Notes under the pieces: model-generated
Seen by the model: the letters and a program-made list of their open reading frames with translations, nothing else
Databases searched by the model: none
Told to the model about the DNA's origin: nothing
Shown here: one piece after another, positions 35,701 to 49,368 of the stretch
Layout of the letters: every line of letters begins with the position of its first letter
How positions within the stretch are numbered: position 1 is the first letter of the stretch
From: Takakia lepidozioides
Taxonomy: Eukaryota; Plantae; Bryophyta
Assembly: GCA_030704615.1 (NCBI GenBank)
Contig: CM060734.1
Location: forward strand, 42,594,001-42,658,000
DNA: 64,000 nt
Direction: 5' to 3'
Position numbers and translations under genes: made by a program

Positions 35701-37232
35701 TGTGTTATGCTCACCTCCCATTGGTAACTTTGCATGGCTTGCTTAAGATGTTTGGTAAAACACCCCCACATCCATTTGTCGAGATGTTATGTGGTGCATT
35801 GTATTGAGTCACTGGGCCATAAATTTGGTTGGGTCTCAGCTGAGGTTTTGTTGTCACAACTTTTGTTGTCTTTTTACCTGCGTGCGGAATGTAATCGAGT
35901 TCCCTCAGCAGTTCTGATCCTTTTTCCTCAAAGAGACATGCAGGGAGCAGTCGGGAGTTTACAGGGTTTGATATTAGTCCTCAAGATACAGTTCTGGATT
36001 GCATCCTGGCACGTGCTTCCAAGTTCTTACCAGCGTTGGCTGATGTATCTTTCCGGCAAGCTCTGCAGATGGGTGGGGTGAGGACCGGCCTTCGCCCATA
36101 TGGTTCGCTCAAGACCCCTTTCATTTACTATGTCCCTACCTGGTATGTTTATAATATCTGGTTCTTCTGGAACTTTATAGAACCTCAACGTAAAGCCCAT
36201 GAGCAATGCGTAGTCTCTGATGTGACAGAAATAGCTTCAGTGAATCTCTTAGGACAGTAAATCCTGAAATTGCCATAGCCCCTTTGACCACCAATGTTGA
36301 TCCAGTTAATGGGACTGTTTGGTTCCAGCACTGCTATCAGCCCTGCAGATTTGACATACCTAGTCCCGCTCATTGCACGAAAGGCATGCAAAACGGAGAG
36401 TTTCCAGGACCAGAGGCACTTGACTTCCAAGTTCTGATGAGATTTGGTATAGTAGCCTTGGTATGGGTTAATGAAGAAAGAAACGATGGCAACAGGCTTT
36501 GCATGCAACAAATAGACAAACACGGCTTCATCCAACCCGAGATTGTCGGGTGTGGATGGTCTTTGGTACAGGATGATCACTCCTGCCTGTTTTACCCTTG
36601 GCAGCGACACTGATGATTGTGAGGTATTGTCTGCAGCTTCAGATGGAAGGCCTCTTATAGGGCCAGTGCCAGGCTTGCCAGGTCTCCTTTTGGCTACTGG
36701 TCATGAAGGCTCCGGTCTTTGCATGGTATTGTGTACTTGATACTTCACCCTGTATCTCTTTAGTGATTTCATAGCTTTGGATTCGCCTGAAGAACGGCTG
36801 CTTATTCCTTGATGTCTTGCTTGCAGCAGGATTTCTAATCCAGCCTTTGACCGAATGAACAACTTTTTAAATGTTCTTTTTGAAGTGCTCGTTATTGTTT
36901 TTATGACAAATGACTGTCTTCCTTTTGTCCTTTTTGGTGGTGCCCATATACGTGATCAACTGTTGGTGGCATCCCTCTCCACCATCTTTGCAGTCCATGC
37001 CAGTGGTTAGTTTTCAGAGGAGGCTACTTGTCATATGTTTTTGGTGCATGAAGCATAGCTGGCTTTATTTTCTGCTTTTGGTCTTCTGGTGTAATTGTGG
37101 ATTTTCCCTTTGATGCAGGCTCTTGGCACAGCAGAGATGGTGGTTAGCATGATATTAGGAGTGGATGGACCTCTTGATTGTTCACCATACTCACCAGCAG
37201 GCCGCTTGAGCTGCTACAAAGCCTTCAACTAG
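28146..37232 (+). CDS. FAD-dependent oxidoreductase (DAO/glycine-oxidase ThiO-like family) with a probable N-terminal organelle transit peptide
   Basis: Rossmann motif DVVVVGAGIIGLAIA, then GAATGA|GQGYIWM, AVIIAAGAWS, VRPRK|GHLLVLE, VRTGLRPY, DGRPLIGPVPG..LLLATGHEGSGL and a last exon ALGTAEMV...FN*. Start could be 28146 or a nearby downstream ATG. Confidence 0.88.
31745..31803. repeat. (GACT)n microsatellite-like tract
   Basis: Interrupted TGACTGACTGACTGACT runs. Confidence 0.6.
31860..32500 (-). pseudogene. PLS-class PPR gene fragment (stops and frameshifts), intronic and antisense to the host gene
   Basis: FNKMPERILITWNIMMAAFTKHG, two copies of an ASLAALEKGKxVH-like motif, and VTPNWVTFV. 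Confidence 0.75.
32560..33660 (-). pseudogene. Decayed fragment of nuclear LSU (25S/26S) rRNA, 3' domains
   Basis: Reverse-complement LSU signatures TCTCACGACGGTCTAAACCCAGCTCACGTT, ATAGGAAGAGCCGACATCGAAGGATCAA, GGTAACTTTTCTGACACCTCTAGC, GACTAGAGTCAAAGCTCAACAGG and AGAGCCAATCCTTTTCCCGAAGTTACGGA, with many substitutions and small deletions. Confidence 0.93.
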
Positions 37233-38263
37233 CTCAGACCCCGTGCACAAGATGGGAAGAAAAGCTGAAAGGGGGGCAAAAGATGACTCAGGGAAAGAGT
37301 AGGAACAAGAAATGAAGTTTCACATCCAGCAACATACAGAGTCTCCTGCTCTAGGCACATCCCATCAAAGGGTCCAATGGATACATGTAGATAGTAGAAA
37401 ATGGGACAAATCTGGTATCTAAGAGACTACCTAGCATTGATGCCAGTTGTGGAGAACTAGCAGCCATGCTGCAGATGTGGATAATTACGCTAATAGGCCT
37501 CCCAGTAAGAAGCCCTAATTGCTCCGCAGTGGCTCTTCATTTCTCCCACCCTCATCCGTGGGAAAGGGCCGAACCCTAATGACCCAAGCTGTTGCTCTAC
37601 AGACCACGCTAGAACCGGCTTCTTCAGAGTTGAGTTGAATTTATGGTTGGCAAGTATGTTTGCTAGATCACCCTGAAGAGCAAACCAAAAGTCCACTTGC
37701 TCTATCACAAGCACGAGTGATCACGAGGAATTGGCTTCCTATCTGCAGATTGGATCAGGAACCAAGACCAATGCTCAAGCGGTTGTCGCACACTAATATC
37801 CTTGCATCTTTTCCCTGGTGCATATTATAATCCTAACGTCCCATGCAATCTATGAGAACCGTGTGGGAAGGGGAGATTCGAGAGAGGTATGGAGCCTCCC
37901 ACCCACAGATTGAGGTTTTCGTGCTGCATTCAAGACACGGCCTGGTAGAGTGTCGTGCACGATGATGAGCTTGTGTTCTCAGCCCGGACCTGACAGTGAA
38001 CTCTTACAAGCGACAACCTGCCACGACTCTCACACACCAAGCGACTCCCTGTCCCGTGGGACATGTTTGCAGCACAATCCTGATTTCTATTTTGGTAGAT
38101 TGGATGGAGATCATGCAAAACAGGGCAGCATCTTCTCAACTGTAACAACAAACCGAACTGCTGGTCTACAGCCAAGAAGAAGCTCCCACAGACAGGGGAC
38201 ATCCGACAGACCTAATGCAACACATTTGTACGTATGTATTCTATCGATTCATATCATATGTAC

Positions 38264-39496
38264 CAGTATTGATCTCGTATCCGCAGCTTTAAATGCATTG
38301 TTGGACTGGTATATAGGGTCAGGCCGGGTATCAACTAGGGTATTAAAGAACCGATCCTGCTGGTATCTAGTATCTACTTTTGTGTTACTAGGGTTAAGAA
38401 CCGGAACCCTGGTATTGGCACTTGCCACACCTAGGTCAATACCCAGGCTAGGTTGAAGGTAATATCCGAGCAATACGTGTATTAGGGGTAGAAAGGGGTA
38501 AGAAGGGGTGTTGTACTGGTATCAGTTTCAGGACATACCAGACTGGTCCTGGTACCAGATGTATAGCAAAACTTTCATACCAGTCTGGTCTATATAATAA
38601 TAAATGTATTTTTTCCAGATACTAGTATGAGTATGAGTATCATGACCACAATACCAGCTGGTATGAGACATCAATTCTGGTATCATTCCAAAAGCCATCA
38701 TTGAATAACAAGTATCAAGTGAAAAAATACAATACAGTAGAGAAATAAATATACTGGTATATGACCAAGTATTCTCCCAATGATACCAGACTGGTCTGGT
38801 ATCTGATACCAGTGCATATACCTGTGCACATACCAGGCAATACTATACCAGTACAACACTGGTAAAACAAGGACGATGCACACGGTATTAGTATAGGATG
38901 TGTGTGCATTTTGGGTTTAGGGACTGGCGGTATGAGTCCGTGGTTAGGATGTAATATAAGAGAAGTGATGAAGAGATGGTTAAGTATGAGGAGATTGTCC
39001 AATTGTTGGCAAGTTAGCTCTGCACACCAAATTTCATGTGTGGTTTTACTTGAATATCTCGTTCTATTTATTGATGGCGTTTTTGGAGCCATTTTGAGTC
39101 TTACAGCGTGTACCAGATGTGGACTATGAAGGGGCTGGTAGTAGACTTCTCGCATGATCGAGTTCATATCAAGTGAACAAACATCACTGCAATATTCATG
39201 CCGGAATGTGGTATCTGTAAATTTGAAGATTTTGAGTACTCATCCCAGCTGGTATCACAAAATTGTTACAAGTGTGATATGACTACCTCAAAAGAAATAA
39301 TAATTATAATAATTATAATAAATTCGGAGTGGAACCTCTTTACTCAGCCTTCATGGCAATTGTAAGGTTATTTTTTCCTTACCTATCAAAACATTTCCAG
39401 GGCTACAATCCCCTTGTTGATTTTTTAATAATAATAATAATAATAAAATATCGACTCGTATGAGTGAATGCGCAAGTAAATTCCAGACCAACACTG
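38264..39496. mobile_element. Non-autonomous hAT-like element rich in ATACCAG/CTGGTAT motifs (possibly nested)
   Basis: Ends CAGTATTGATCTCG and CCAGACCAACACTG; flanks ATATGTAC/GTATATAC (degenerate 8-bp TSD); a second CAACACTG end at ~38861. Confidence 0.55.
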
Positions 39497-41399
39497 GTAT
39501 ATACATATATACTATGTACCTGGTTGAGGGTCTTTTGTACGCAGGTATGTATGCTGGGAGGAATACACGGCACGTTGGGACAGAGGGTGAATTTTGTCCG
39601 GGTGCGGTAGGGCAGCGGGTAGTGAAAAGATACTTGTCCTGCCCCTCCGTTTGGCGGGCCACCCGCCTTCTCGCTCCTCGTGTTCTTCATTCCTGGTTTC
39701 TTGTAGTGTGCATCGGCGTAGCACACAAGTCGCGATGGCGTGCGAGATGGCTTCTTCTCTGCTCATTGCCACTGCTTTGGACCAACATGCAGGCACTGTT
39801 TCTTTAATTTCCTGCACTGGTGGTGTGTAGCTTGCGTGCCGCCATCTTTCTTTTTTCCTCCTGTTCGTGAAGGCTTTATGGCTCTTTTCCTCTCCCGTTG
39901 AGTGTCCGGTGGCGGATTACAGACCGAATGGTTAGGTGGACGGTACGAAGCTGCAGGATGATAGTAATGGCACTACTGTGACGCACTCAAAAGAGGAGTT
40001 GACGAGCTTTCTGGAACATCTCAGTCGAGAACAGCAGCTGATCACTCTTCTTGCTGATGCGTGAGTCACATAATCCTTGAGCGTTTCCGAAAATGTGCAT
40101 CTCTTTCCTTACCCATGTATCTTCTGTTTGGCTTGTGAGGACGCTGACGGGAGAGCAATTGATCATTTGATACACAATAGAAGAAGCGCGGACGTTCCCT
40201 GTTCATCTGGAACTTTCTTAGTAGCAACATTACTAGCCAGTTTATCCATAGCAAGTGGCTGATGTGGGAACCTACTTTGAGTCTCCTCTGAATTCTTCTC
40301 GTTATAGACGAGTCCCTAAAATAGAAGGCGGGAAAGAAATTTTGTAAGTCATCATGCAGCATTTTGATGAGGGCCCTTAGTAAAATTCTCGGGAGAAAAT
40401 AGAATATTATCAAATTTCTTGCTCAACTGGTGCTCCAAGGTGGGAAGTGCTCATCATGCCTCTTGCAGCGATGCCATCCGTGCAGCCCATGTCTATATCA
40501 TCGCAAGAGAATCCCCTGTTGTCAGGTTTAGAGTCGTTCTTCAAATGTTGTAGGCCATTCTGTACGGTGTCGCTGGATGACAGTTCATCGTGTTAGCTTA
40601 TTGCCAAGGTGTACGTTTTCCTTGTTTTCCTGGCGTCCATCTCTTGAAGAGGGTTGCAGAACTTGGAGTGCCAGTGATTGTGATATTGCTCACAGGCAAT
40701 ATTTCGTGCTGATATCATCGCGCTAGAGTGGTTACTCTGTGGTTTGTTGCCTGAGGTTTGTTTTAGTGCTCTGCCGCCATATGTCTGCTGTGTCGGTCTC
40801 GGGTCTCTGGACTCTTTCAAAGAGTCAGACTCCTTGTCAATTGCGGTTTGCGACCTATCATAAAATGTTTGAAGTCCAGAGAGATGGATGGTAGAAGGTG
40901 GAGAAATGAGACAGAAAATCTTGGCAGTGTACGCAGCTCTATACAAACAAGGCTGTGAGGTTAAGCTGCATCTGACATTACTGTTAAAATGCAGTAAACA
41001 CAGCAACAGTGTGGCAGAAGACAAGACAGTTTAAATGGAGAAGAGGAAAAAGCGTGAAAAGTCTGCAAATGGATCAGCTTCCATTGAACCTGATGGTGCA
41101 ACTCTGCAGGTAGTGTTGCATTCTTGACTGCAGAAGCATTCTCCTTATTGTAATGGTCTGTTGATTGGGTCATGTTTCTGTCAAGATCTGTGTCTTTCTT
41201 TTTTTGTGAACCATACAGCTGCTACCCTCAATGCTGAGGGACATGACATATTTAATGGAACTAAATTTCTCTGCCATGCAAAGCAAATTCTTGTTGGACT
41301 GGCTGCATGTCTCGATGAGGACTTCCCAGCAGAGCCCTAGTTTCCAGAACCAGAAATGTTACTGCATGGCAGGCTGTCTGTTTGGACACTTAAGTGGAG

Positions 41400-42380
41400 C
41401 TTCTTGATGGGAGCTATGTCACTTGACTTATATGATCTGCCTTGTTTCCCAATCAACCCCATTAGTCTTGAGCTAGTCAAGTCGGGGATGTCCCCATCCC
41501 TCCTCCTCTTGCAGCCTTTTGTTGATTGTTTTCTTCAAGGGCTTTCCACACATCCTATTAGTACATCCTGCAAGCTTCACCTCTAGAGACACTACCCACA
41601 AAGCATGTCTTTTGCAATGGTGGAGTGAGGCTATCTTTCATGCTAGTGCTTGCTACCATCCTCCTCTAACCTCTTCAATGTTGCGCTTTACATGTTGACT
41701 GGCTGATTGAAGTGGTGAGTTATCTCATGATCCCAGATTTACACAAGTCTTTGATCATAATTTGGAGCCTTTGACTGCAGCCCATGGCTTTTGGCATGGC
41801 TTTGCAAGTCTACAACCCTGTGCTCTGCTTCTAGCAAGAGCAAGCTGTGTCAGTGGTAGAGACTTGGTGTTCTCATTTCTCCTTCGGTTTGAAGAAACAG
41901 TTGGTAATGGCTTGGCAGTTATGTCATCTTGAGTGTGCACAGGGTAAGGAAAAGGCCCAAGCCTACCTGTTTGACTGTCAGGATAGGATGCTGCAGGAAA
42001 GCAAGTGGGCAGCCATTGTTGTAAAAATTCAGCAAACATCAACCGTGGTTTGTGGAAGAGGTGTTTGAACAGACATGGCTTTGGTTCTGCCCCAAAGTCT
42101 ACTGGACTCATACGCCTCCTGTGCCACATCATAAGACATCGCCTCAACTTTTGTTGGGATGTTAGCCGCCACTGGAGTAGGGCACAGTGATCTACTTTGT
42201 GAATACTTCTGGTTAACTGAGTCATTACTCCCTGCCCCCACCCCCCGCAGCACACTCCAATCATATGGAAAATTAATCCAAGTGCTCTCTGCCACATTTG
42301 CCACAAGTTCAAGGCAATTGCTGTTGGCGATGAAGTTAATCCTGTTCCATCAGCTAGGTTAGTGTTGAGGTATTGGGTGG
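41400..42380 (+). mobile_element. Highly decayed LINE reverse-transcriptase remnant (tentative)
   Basis: With frameshifts, 41475-41527 reads VKRGCP.S.LL.SLFVD, resembling the non-LTR RT motif GxxQGCPLSPLLF. Nothing else is clearly alignable. Confidence 0.3.
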
Positions 42381-42490
42381 TACATCTGTTCATTTTGTGG
42401 AGGTACTAGTTTGAAACACTAATTCAAAATGAATTCAAGAGTGACCAACTATGTGTTATATTGGTCCGTTTCAAGGTTTCCACCTTCCAA

Positions 42491-45400
42491 ATGGAAGGCA
42501 GAAGCCCCTTCAGGCCGAAGAGACGCCATAATGTACAGTTGCTTCACAGGATTCCACCTTTTTCTTTACATTTGTGTGTCAGCCGACGAGAGGGGGGGAG
42601 GGGGATATGATTTTGTTGTCTTGATTTCAGGGAGAATTCTTGAAGCGACAGAAAGAAGCAGAGCAGCAAGTAGTCGGGACACCGCCAAAGAAGCTTGCGA
42701 TATCAGGAGGCCTCAATGCCATGGCACCTGACAATCCCCAGCAGCCATATCCCCCATGGAATTTGGCTCCTCCTCAGCAACTGCAGCAGCCCCCCAATCA
42801 GGCGCCACAACAGCCTCAGCTTTCACAGTCCCCTCAGCCATCCTCTCAACCCCAGACGCCATCTCAGCCAAGTCAGCAAGGACAGCAAGGTGGTGGCCAG
42901 CAAGTGCAAGTGCCTGGCCAACCTGGCCAGGGGCAGGCCACCAAGTATTATGGTGGGTCTGAATTTGCAGGCCACCCAGCACCTGGACAGTACTTTCCAT
43001 ACTCACTGGGCTCTACTGATCCAAACTGGCAAGCATCAGTGTATGGCAGTGCACAGATAACAGGCAGCAATTCGCCATTTGCTTTTCCAGGTGGCTATGG
43101 CTACCCGGCTGCCGCTGGTCAGACAGGCTACCCAGGTGAAAACTGCTCTTGGGTTGTTCCTGGTTGCACCTTTATCATTAGCAGGGTCGAAAACTTATAA
43201 CACTGTTGGAGAGCATGTGAATGCATTCAAAAGCACATCCTATACATGTTAGTCAACTAACAGATATTGCATGGTCTGATGTAGTGCTTAGCCAATGGAT
43301 TTCAGCTCAGTCAGTCGTGTTCAGAGTGTCAAGGTAGTGAGTGTGCTCTTGTGGAGAGTATACACAAAAGTAGAAAGACTGGATTTTCATAATGTCCATC
43401 CATGAAAATCTCAAGGACCTGAGGGCTGGTATTGGTTAACTTGCTGCATGAAGCTGGATTGCCTTGTGAGAGAGAAAGAACTGACTTTTTAACATCCATG
43501 GTGATCCCGAACGAAGAGAGCATTTTGGAAGGAGAACTAAAGAACTGACTTACAGGTGGTAAAGGGAAACAAGTGAACATAGGAAAGATTGACCAAGCTG
43601 TTGGACTATGCGATAGGTAGAATGGGTCGATAACCTTTCCTCTTTCAGAACCAAAGAAGCTGATTGGTAGGGGCAGTGGACTATTGCAGACATGCACATC
43701 ATTGGATTGCCAGAGATCCTACACAGATACGATGGGGAGGGTGCTGTCAGTGTGTAGGCATGGCCTTCAGCTTTATCAGCATCCATTATTAATTGAAAGG
43801 GTAGTATCTGATAGATTTTGAAATCTCGATTGCAGGTTTGTGGGATCAGCAATCATGGTGGGGAGCCAACCAACTACAGCAACAAGCTGCGTATGCAGCA
43901 TGTTATGGGGCTCCATACCCAGGGTATGCATATGGGTATGGCACATCCGGGGCCCCGGTTGGTGCTCCAGTTGGTCCTTTTCAGAGAGGGCTCATCAAGG
44001 CTCCGCCAGGGCTCTCACAAAAGCATCAACGGCTTTGGGAAGCTCAGGTGTGATAACCTGTAATTGCTCCTCAGTTTAGCATCCCTGTTGCTTCATGAAT
44101 TTGCCCTGCTGCCTCATCTTGTTTTTTGTCCTATTCCTCAGCTACAAGTGAGCACAAATGTGGCACATAAGGTTTCCTCTGGTGCTGAATATGTCAGTTT
44201 CCTATTGTGCTTGAGTTCGGCGTAGGAGGTGAGGTCAATGTCCATGCATTTGAGCCAGTTTCTGTAAGAGGTTGCTGTTGTGGTTCTCAGTACACTCCTC
44301 TCAAAATGTTGTGCAGTCATGTTCACTACTACTTTGGATATGAAGGTTTGTTGTTGTTCATCTGTTGTCGGGGCTGTTGGATTCTTAGATATCAAGTGTT
44401 GTGCACACAGATGCACAGATAGGACACAGCGAACACTACAGGTTTTCCTTGGGCACAGACTGAGCAGTGTAATATAGGGACTCTAACGGTGTCAGTGGGC
44501 CTTTTCCCACTGAAGAGATCATTGTAGTTGGTTGGCTTATTATTTCATGTCAATAGGTTGCTGATTTAGCACCTTTGATTTAATATTTGTGAAGTCATGA
44601 AATTCATTAACAACCTCAACAATTCTAGTTTTGAAGAAGACTGCTGATATGTTCATCTGGATAACTGGCAGTCAGCAGAGAACCTTGCCATGTGGGCCGC
44701 CTTTGCCAGGTGTGAGGCTGAGATATCAGCACACCGAATGAAAATTTTGCAACTGGAAGCAGAATTACGTGCTGTCAAGGGTCAACACGATGTACTGCAG
44801 GAGGCTGCTGCCCAACCCCAACCACAATCTAAAAGGGGTCGACATAAAAAAGCTGCAGGCTTACTTACCCCAAAAGTTGTTCCTCCGAAGCCCCGGGGAC
44901 GGAAACCAGCGAGTGAGAAGATGCCTGTGGCAGGGAGTAAAACTGACACAGAGAAAACTGAATTGAAAGAGATGGAAACGGGGGTAAAGAGGGGAGCACA
45001 GAAACTTGAAGGCCAGAACGGTGTGCCTGTGGGCAGACCCAGTTCTGTGAATACCACACACCAACAATTTGGAGCTCCAGCTGGTCACACAGTTCGCACT
45101 GATAGCACAGGATATGAGGGAGCAGCTGGCAGTGCGGAGTTAGATGGTGCTGGTGCCAACTATGGTGGAGGGTTCAACTCTGGATTCGAGTTGGAGGCTG
45201 CACAGGTAAATGGGATCTGTTTCTCTAAATTGGATTAAAATGGTTGGTTGGTCATTTGTCTCATCCTCTATATTGGAAGGTCTAATGGTCAGGCTCTTTA
45301 TGAGTCCATCATCTACAGTTTGTATGGACTCCAGAGTGATAGACCTGGATTTCAGTTTACTTGTCTGCAGTGCATCTTTGGCCTTTGTTTGATCATCCAC

Positions 45401-46710
45401 AAATGTGTGAGCTGGCTTCTTCCTCCGAGTGGGATCCAGATAGAAGACTTTCAGAATTTCCTCATTGATGTTTGAAACTCCAGTAAGTGGTGGTGGAGTA
45501 TCAAAGCAAGCTGGAGGTGCAACATCATCCATGCCTGAACCAGCCATTAGGGTGACCCTTTCCTTGGAATCGCAGATTAGGGACTTAGTTACTCCCGAAA
45601 GCCATACACGTGAAAAATGGAACAATCTACAACATTCGGGTACAAGCCCACTTTAACTAGTCTTGTCGTCTGCATTTGACCTTTAAGTTTGTTGTGTTTG
45701 TATTCAATTTTTCCTTCCCCGCAGAGGCAGAGCCACATGCAGTGAGCAGGCTTCTGCCCTTGTATCCAGTTTATATACACCCCCCCCCTCTGTTCACCTT
45801 GTCCACACCCTTCACCCTTTGCACCTTAGTATTAAGTGGTCATGCTTCGGCAAGAGTACATTTTTTATTTTTGTTTTTGTTTTTATTAAGCGGTCCATGA
45901 ACATTGTTTCCGCACCTCTGTTCACTGACTTTGAAAATCTTGAGGCTGAGCCTAAAGCCCAGGCCCTGTTGGGGTCTAATTGCTGGGCAGCTCACACACA
46001 GCAAGTTGATGCTGTGTGAAGGGCTTTCTAGAAGACATCTGGAAATCCCTAACTAATTGTCTTTATCATGGTAAGTCACACTACCGGAGTGAGCCCCTAA
46101 CAAAGGTAGTATATGTTCCCTTCTGTTCCACCCAAACTGGGCGCAGGGTCTAGAGCCACAAGGTTATGTAAAACAGTATCTTATGAGTACATGTAAAGTG
46201 GTCCATGACTGGTGGGTATCAGAAGAAGTTGAGCTTTGCAACATGATCATGCAGGTTAATGGGGCTCATGAAAACGGAAACATACTTGAGGACAATGGGA
46301 ATGTTGCAGCGACTCCCCCAAGCTATGTGCATTATGATGTGAAGTCAGGAGCTGGGCTGGAGTCACACAGTGGGGCTCCTGACCCTAACGTTTCTGGGGG
46401 GGATGAATGGTCTGCTGTAGCGATTGATGATGTCACGAGAAGTGATGCATTTGACCCAAGGTTGCTCTATGCAAGTGCTGGGGTAGAAGGCCAACCGACC
46501 AAGCCAGTCATTCCAAATTGGGGACAATATACAGGAGAGGATGCTTCTGAAGATCAAGATGGGGATGATGTTGCTCCATCTGGACAAGAGGATGAGGATG
46601 ATGCAGAGGAGGACGAGGATTCCACGGTGGAGAATATGGGAGGTGTAAAGATAGAGAATTTGGTGGACTTGGGCTCATCGAAAGGGATATCACAGCTTAA
46701 CAGTTGGTGA
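42491..46710 (+). CDS. Uncharacterised protein: Q/P-rich N-terminus, coiled coil, basic AT-hook-like segment, acidic C-terminus
   Basis: Frame-consistent exons 42491-42532, 42631-43135, 43836-44047, 44672-45205, 46255-46710. Core FQRGLIKAPPGLSQKHQRLWEAQ|SAENLAMWAAFARCEAEI..LEAELR; KPRGRKP motif. Confidence 0.75.
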
Positions 46711-48128
46711 AAAAGAGAATTTATTATCTAAGAGGACAGCCACCTGGCATTGATCAACCAATGAGGGTGGTCGCCATCAATGCCGCTGATTCTTGCTTAC
46801 TTGTACATTGTCCATGATATTGCCATCCCTTCCCTTCATCATTTGGTAAAAAGTGCTGGGATACATGGGACCAATTTGATCCTATCACTTTCTCCCACAA
46901 GAGTTTCAGTTATTTGGGAGCATATCTCTTGTAATGCAGGTAAGTCTTCCTAAGCTCTGGTTTTAAGTTGGATTGAATAGTAGAATGCTAGTTGATGAGA
47001 CTTTGTCTTTTCCCCCACCCTCCGCAACAAATGGAGAGTATTGCAAGCATGTCAGGTTGGGGTCTGTGTGGTTCTTGGTGGGTTTCTTGTGGTGCAATCC
47101 TCTCATATTCTAGTTTAAACTGTGGTACTGTTGCTGGCAGCTTGCAGAAGAGGAAGAATGATTGGGAACCTGATTACCTCATAGTAACTTTTTTGAGTAT
47201 TGTATGACCTTGTGTTAGGAGGTGGGCAAGCTGCAAACTGCGAATTAAATTGACCCATACAGTTTTGTTGCCTGATTCTTCTTCAAAGGGACTTACGTTT
47301 AGAATGTATGGAGCTTCAGATTTGCCTGAAGATTACATTCTCATGGGACTGCAATTTTTCACATCTCCATAGATTTCTTAACTTCGCTCGTGGAATTGTT
47401 TTTCTAGTTTATTCCATGCGATGAAATCTTTGACATTGTAATCAATTATCCTATTACTACTTGCCATAGGGAGATTCGTGGAACACATTCCTGTCCCTTC
47501 GATGAGATATCATCTAGGGTTCATGTGGAGCCAGCTAGGCAGATGGGTGGAACCACATGAGCAGATTTTTATGCGGTGGAATGTTCCTGCCGAGTTTCTG
47601 CCAGAGGACTTACACTGTTTAAGGCCCACAAACAGCTGAAAGTCCTCTGCCAGGAACTTTTCTGCTATATGGAACCTGCCTATAGCCAACGCAGTGGTGA
47701 TGGGTGATGGATCTTTTATGGTTTCACATCGGTCATTTCAAAGTTACGTTATGAGCATTTGCCTGTTCTTTGTATTTTCTTAGAACCATTGTTAAGTGAC
47801 ATATCCACATAATCTTCTTGATAACCTCCCGTTTCGTAGCCCGAGTCCCAAAAGCGCATCAGAAATTAGTTTAGTATCAACGCCACTACGGAAGGCGCAT
47901 CTAGGGTCCAATGTCCCATTCCAGGCGGCCCTGGGGTCGCCACATTGCTTGCTAGGCCATGTGACCAGGTTGGCTTCCATGTACCTTGCTTCCTATTTCT
48001 AAATTTTGTGTCTTAGTTATCTTTGGAATGGGACTCGAGTCGACTTGTTCTTAGCCATTGTCAATGTTGTTAGTTGACATCTGTATTTCTTAGCTTGGGC
48101 AGGATTGAAAAATCTTGGGTCTTACTAT

Positions 48129-48319
48129 GTACATTGTAGTGGTAAGCTTAACCTCTTAGTACTTTTGTTCGAGTCATCTGTCCTCTCGTGCCTATATGGT
48201 GCTTATTGTATGATGGTAGTAAGTGTACATTGTAGTGGTAAGCTTAACCTCTTAGTACTTTTGTTCGAGTCATCTGTCCTCTCGTGCCTATATGGTGCTT
48301 ATTGTATGATGGTAGTAAG
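48129..48319. repeat. Perfect tandem duplication with a 96-bp period
   Basis: GTACATTGTAGTGGTAAGCTT...GATGGTAGTAAG is present twice and identical by eye. Confidence 0.9.
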
Positions 48320-48369
48320 ATTGTCTCTCATGGAATTCCAAGTAATTGTGGCGAGTTCATGTTTCTAGA

Positions 48370-48665
48370 AGCAACCCTGACCCGGGTGCTATAGATATAG
48401 CTTTACAAGCTGCTAAGTGTGAGATGGCAAAGCTCGTACCAACATCATCTTGCACTCTGGAGACCATCATATCCAGTGGGTAAGAGTTGTTATCATTGCA
48501 AAGGTGGTATGGTATAAGCTCAAGGCAACCTACCAACATACAAATTATAATGCTTCTCGAGTCGCAATACTAAAGCGAACCATAAATTTAACCCTCTTCA
48601 AATCACGGTCTGTCAGTGAGTTTTTGGAAAATTGGCAAGGCACACTTGATGAGGCTGCCATGACA
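48370..48665 (+). mobile_element. Ty1/copia gag fragment
   Basis: GDHHIQWVRVVIIAKVVWYKLK...SVSEFLENWQGTLDEAA is similar to the gag at 56269-56604. Confidence 0.7.
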
Positions 48666-49368
48666 TTGTCTCTTCAACTACTAAATAGTCATTTTACCCT
48701 GAAGTTTGTAACTCTTCATATAGACATGTCCATTCTATATGGATATTAATCATAGGGCCCACCTCTTAAAGGGGGTAGTAGCCCGCAAAGCGAAATGGCT
48801 CTTAGTTACGCCGGCTTTGGCCGGAGTCTCTCTCTCTCTCTGGATATTAATCTAAATGTTGAAATTACATCCAACATTTCCCCTTAATGAAAACACACGA
48901 GAGTCTATATTATGATGACCCTGTTTTTGTCCAGTAATGCTATTAATGCATATTCACATAATTTTAATCTTAGATATATCGAGTTGTTGGCATTCGCCAA
49001 TGTCTTCTAACATGTGCTCCCTATCAAACTGATATTTCGTTCACATCATAGTGGAAGTCGTTGTTGTGGCCATCTTGCTATAAAATTAAAGACAACCTGA
49101 TTTTCAAATGGAAGTTCTCGTTAGAGAAACTGTTCATTTGAAATTAAAATGCACCAATAGTGGTGTTGTGGGGATGACACATTAGATATCTTCGTTAAGT
49201 TGATGTCGCATGTGCCATGGCATAACTCTATGAAGTTTCTGAAACGAGTTTGTTGGAACTCTAAGCATCATTAACAACATAAATTGTTACATGCTTGAAT
49301 GACACTTTAAAAATGTTTGAAATGACCATTAGACTCAATTGTCTCCATAACTTATTTGCATTTTATTT

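Noticed and set aside
42531-42731. Overlapping uORF MYSCFTGF...
   Set aside because: Its ATG spans the predicted donor (AAT|GT) and most of its 5' part lies in the intron.
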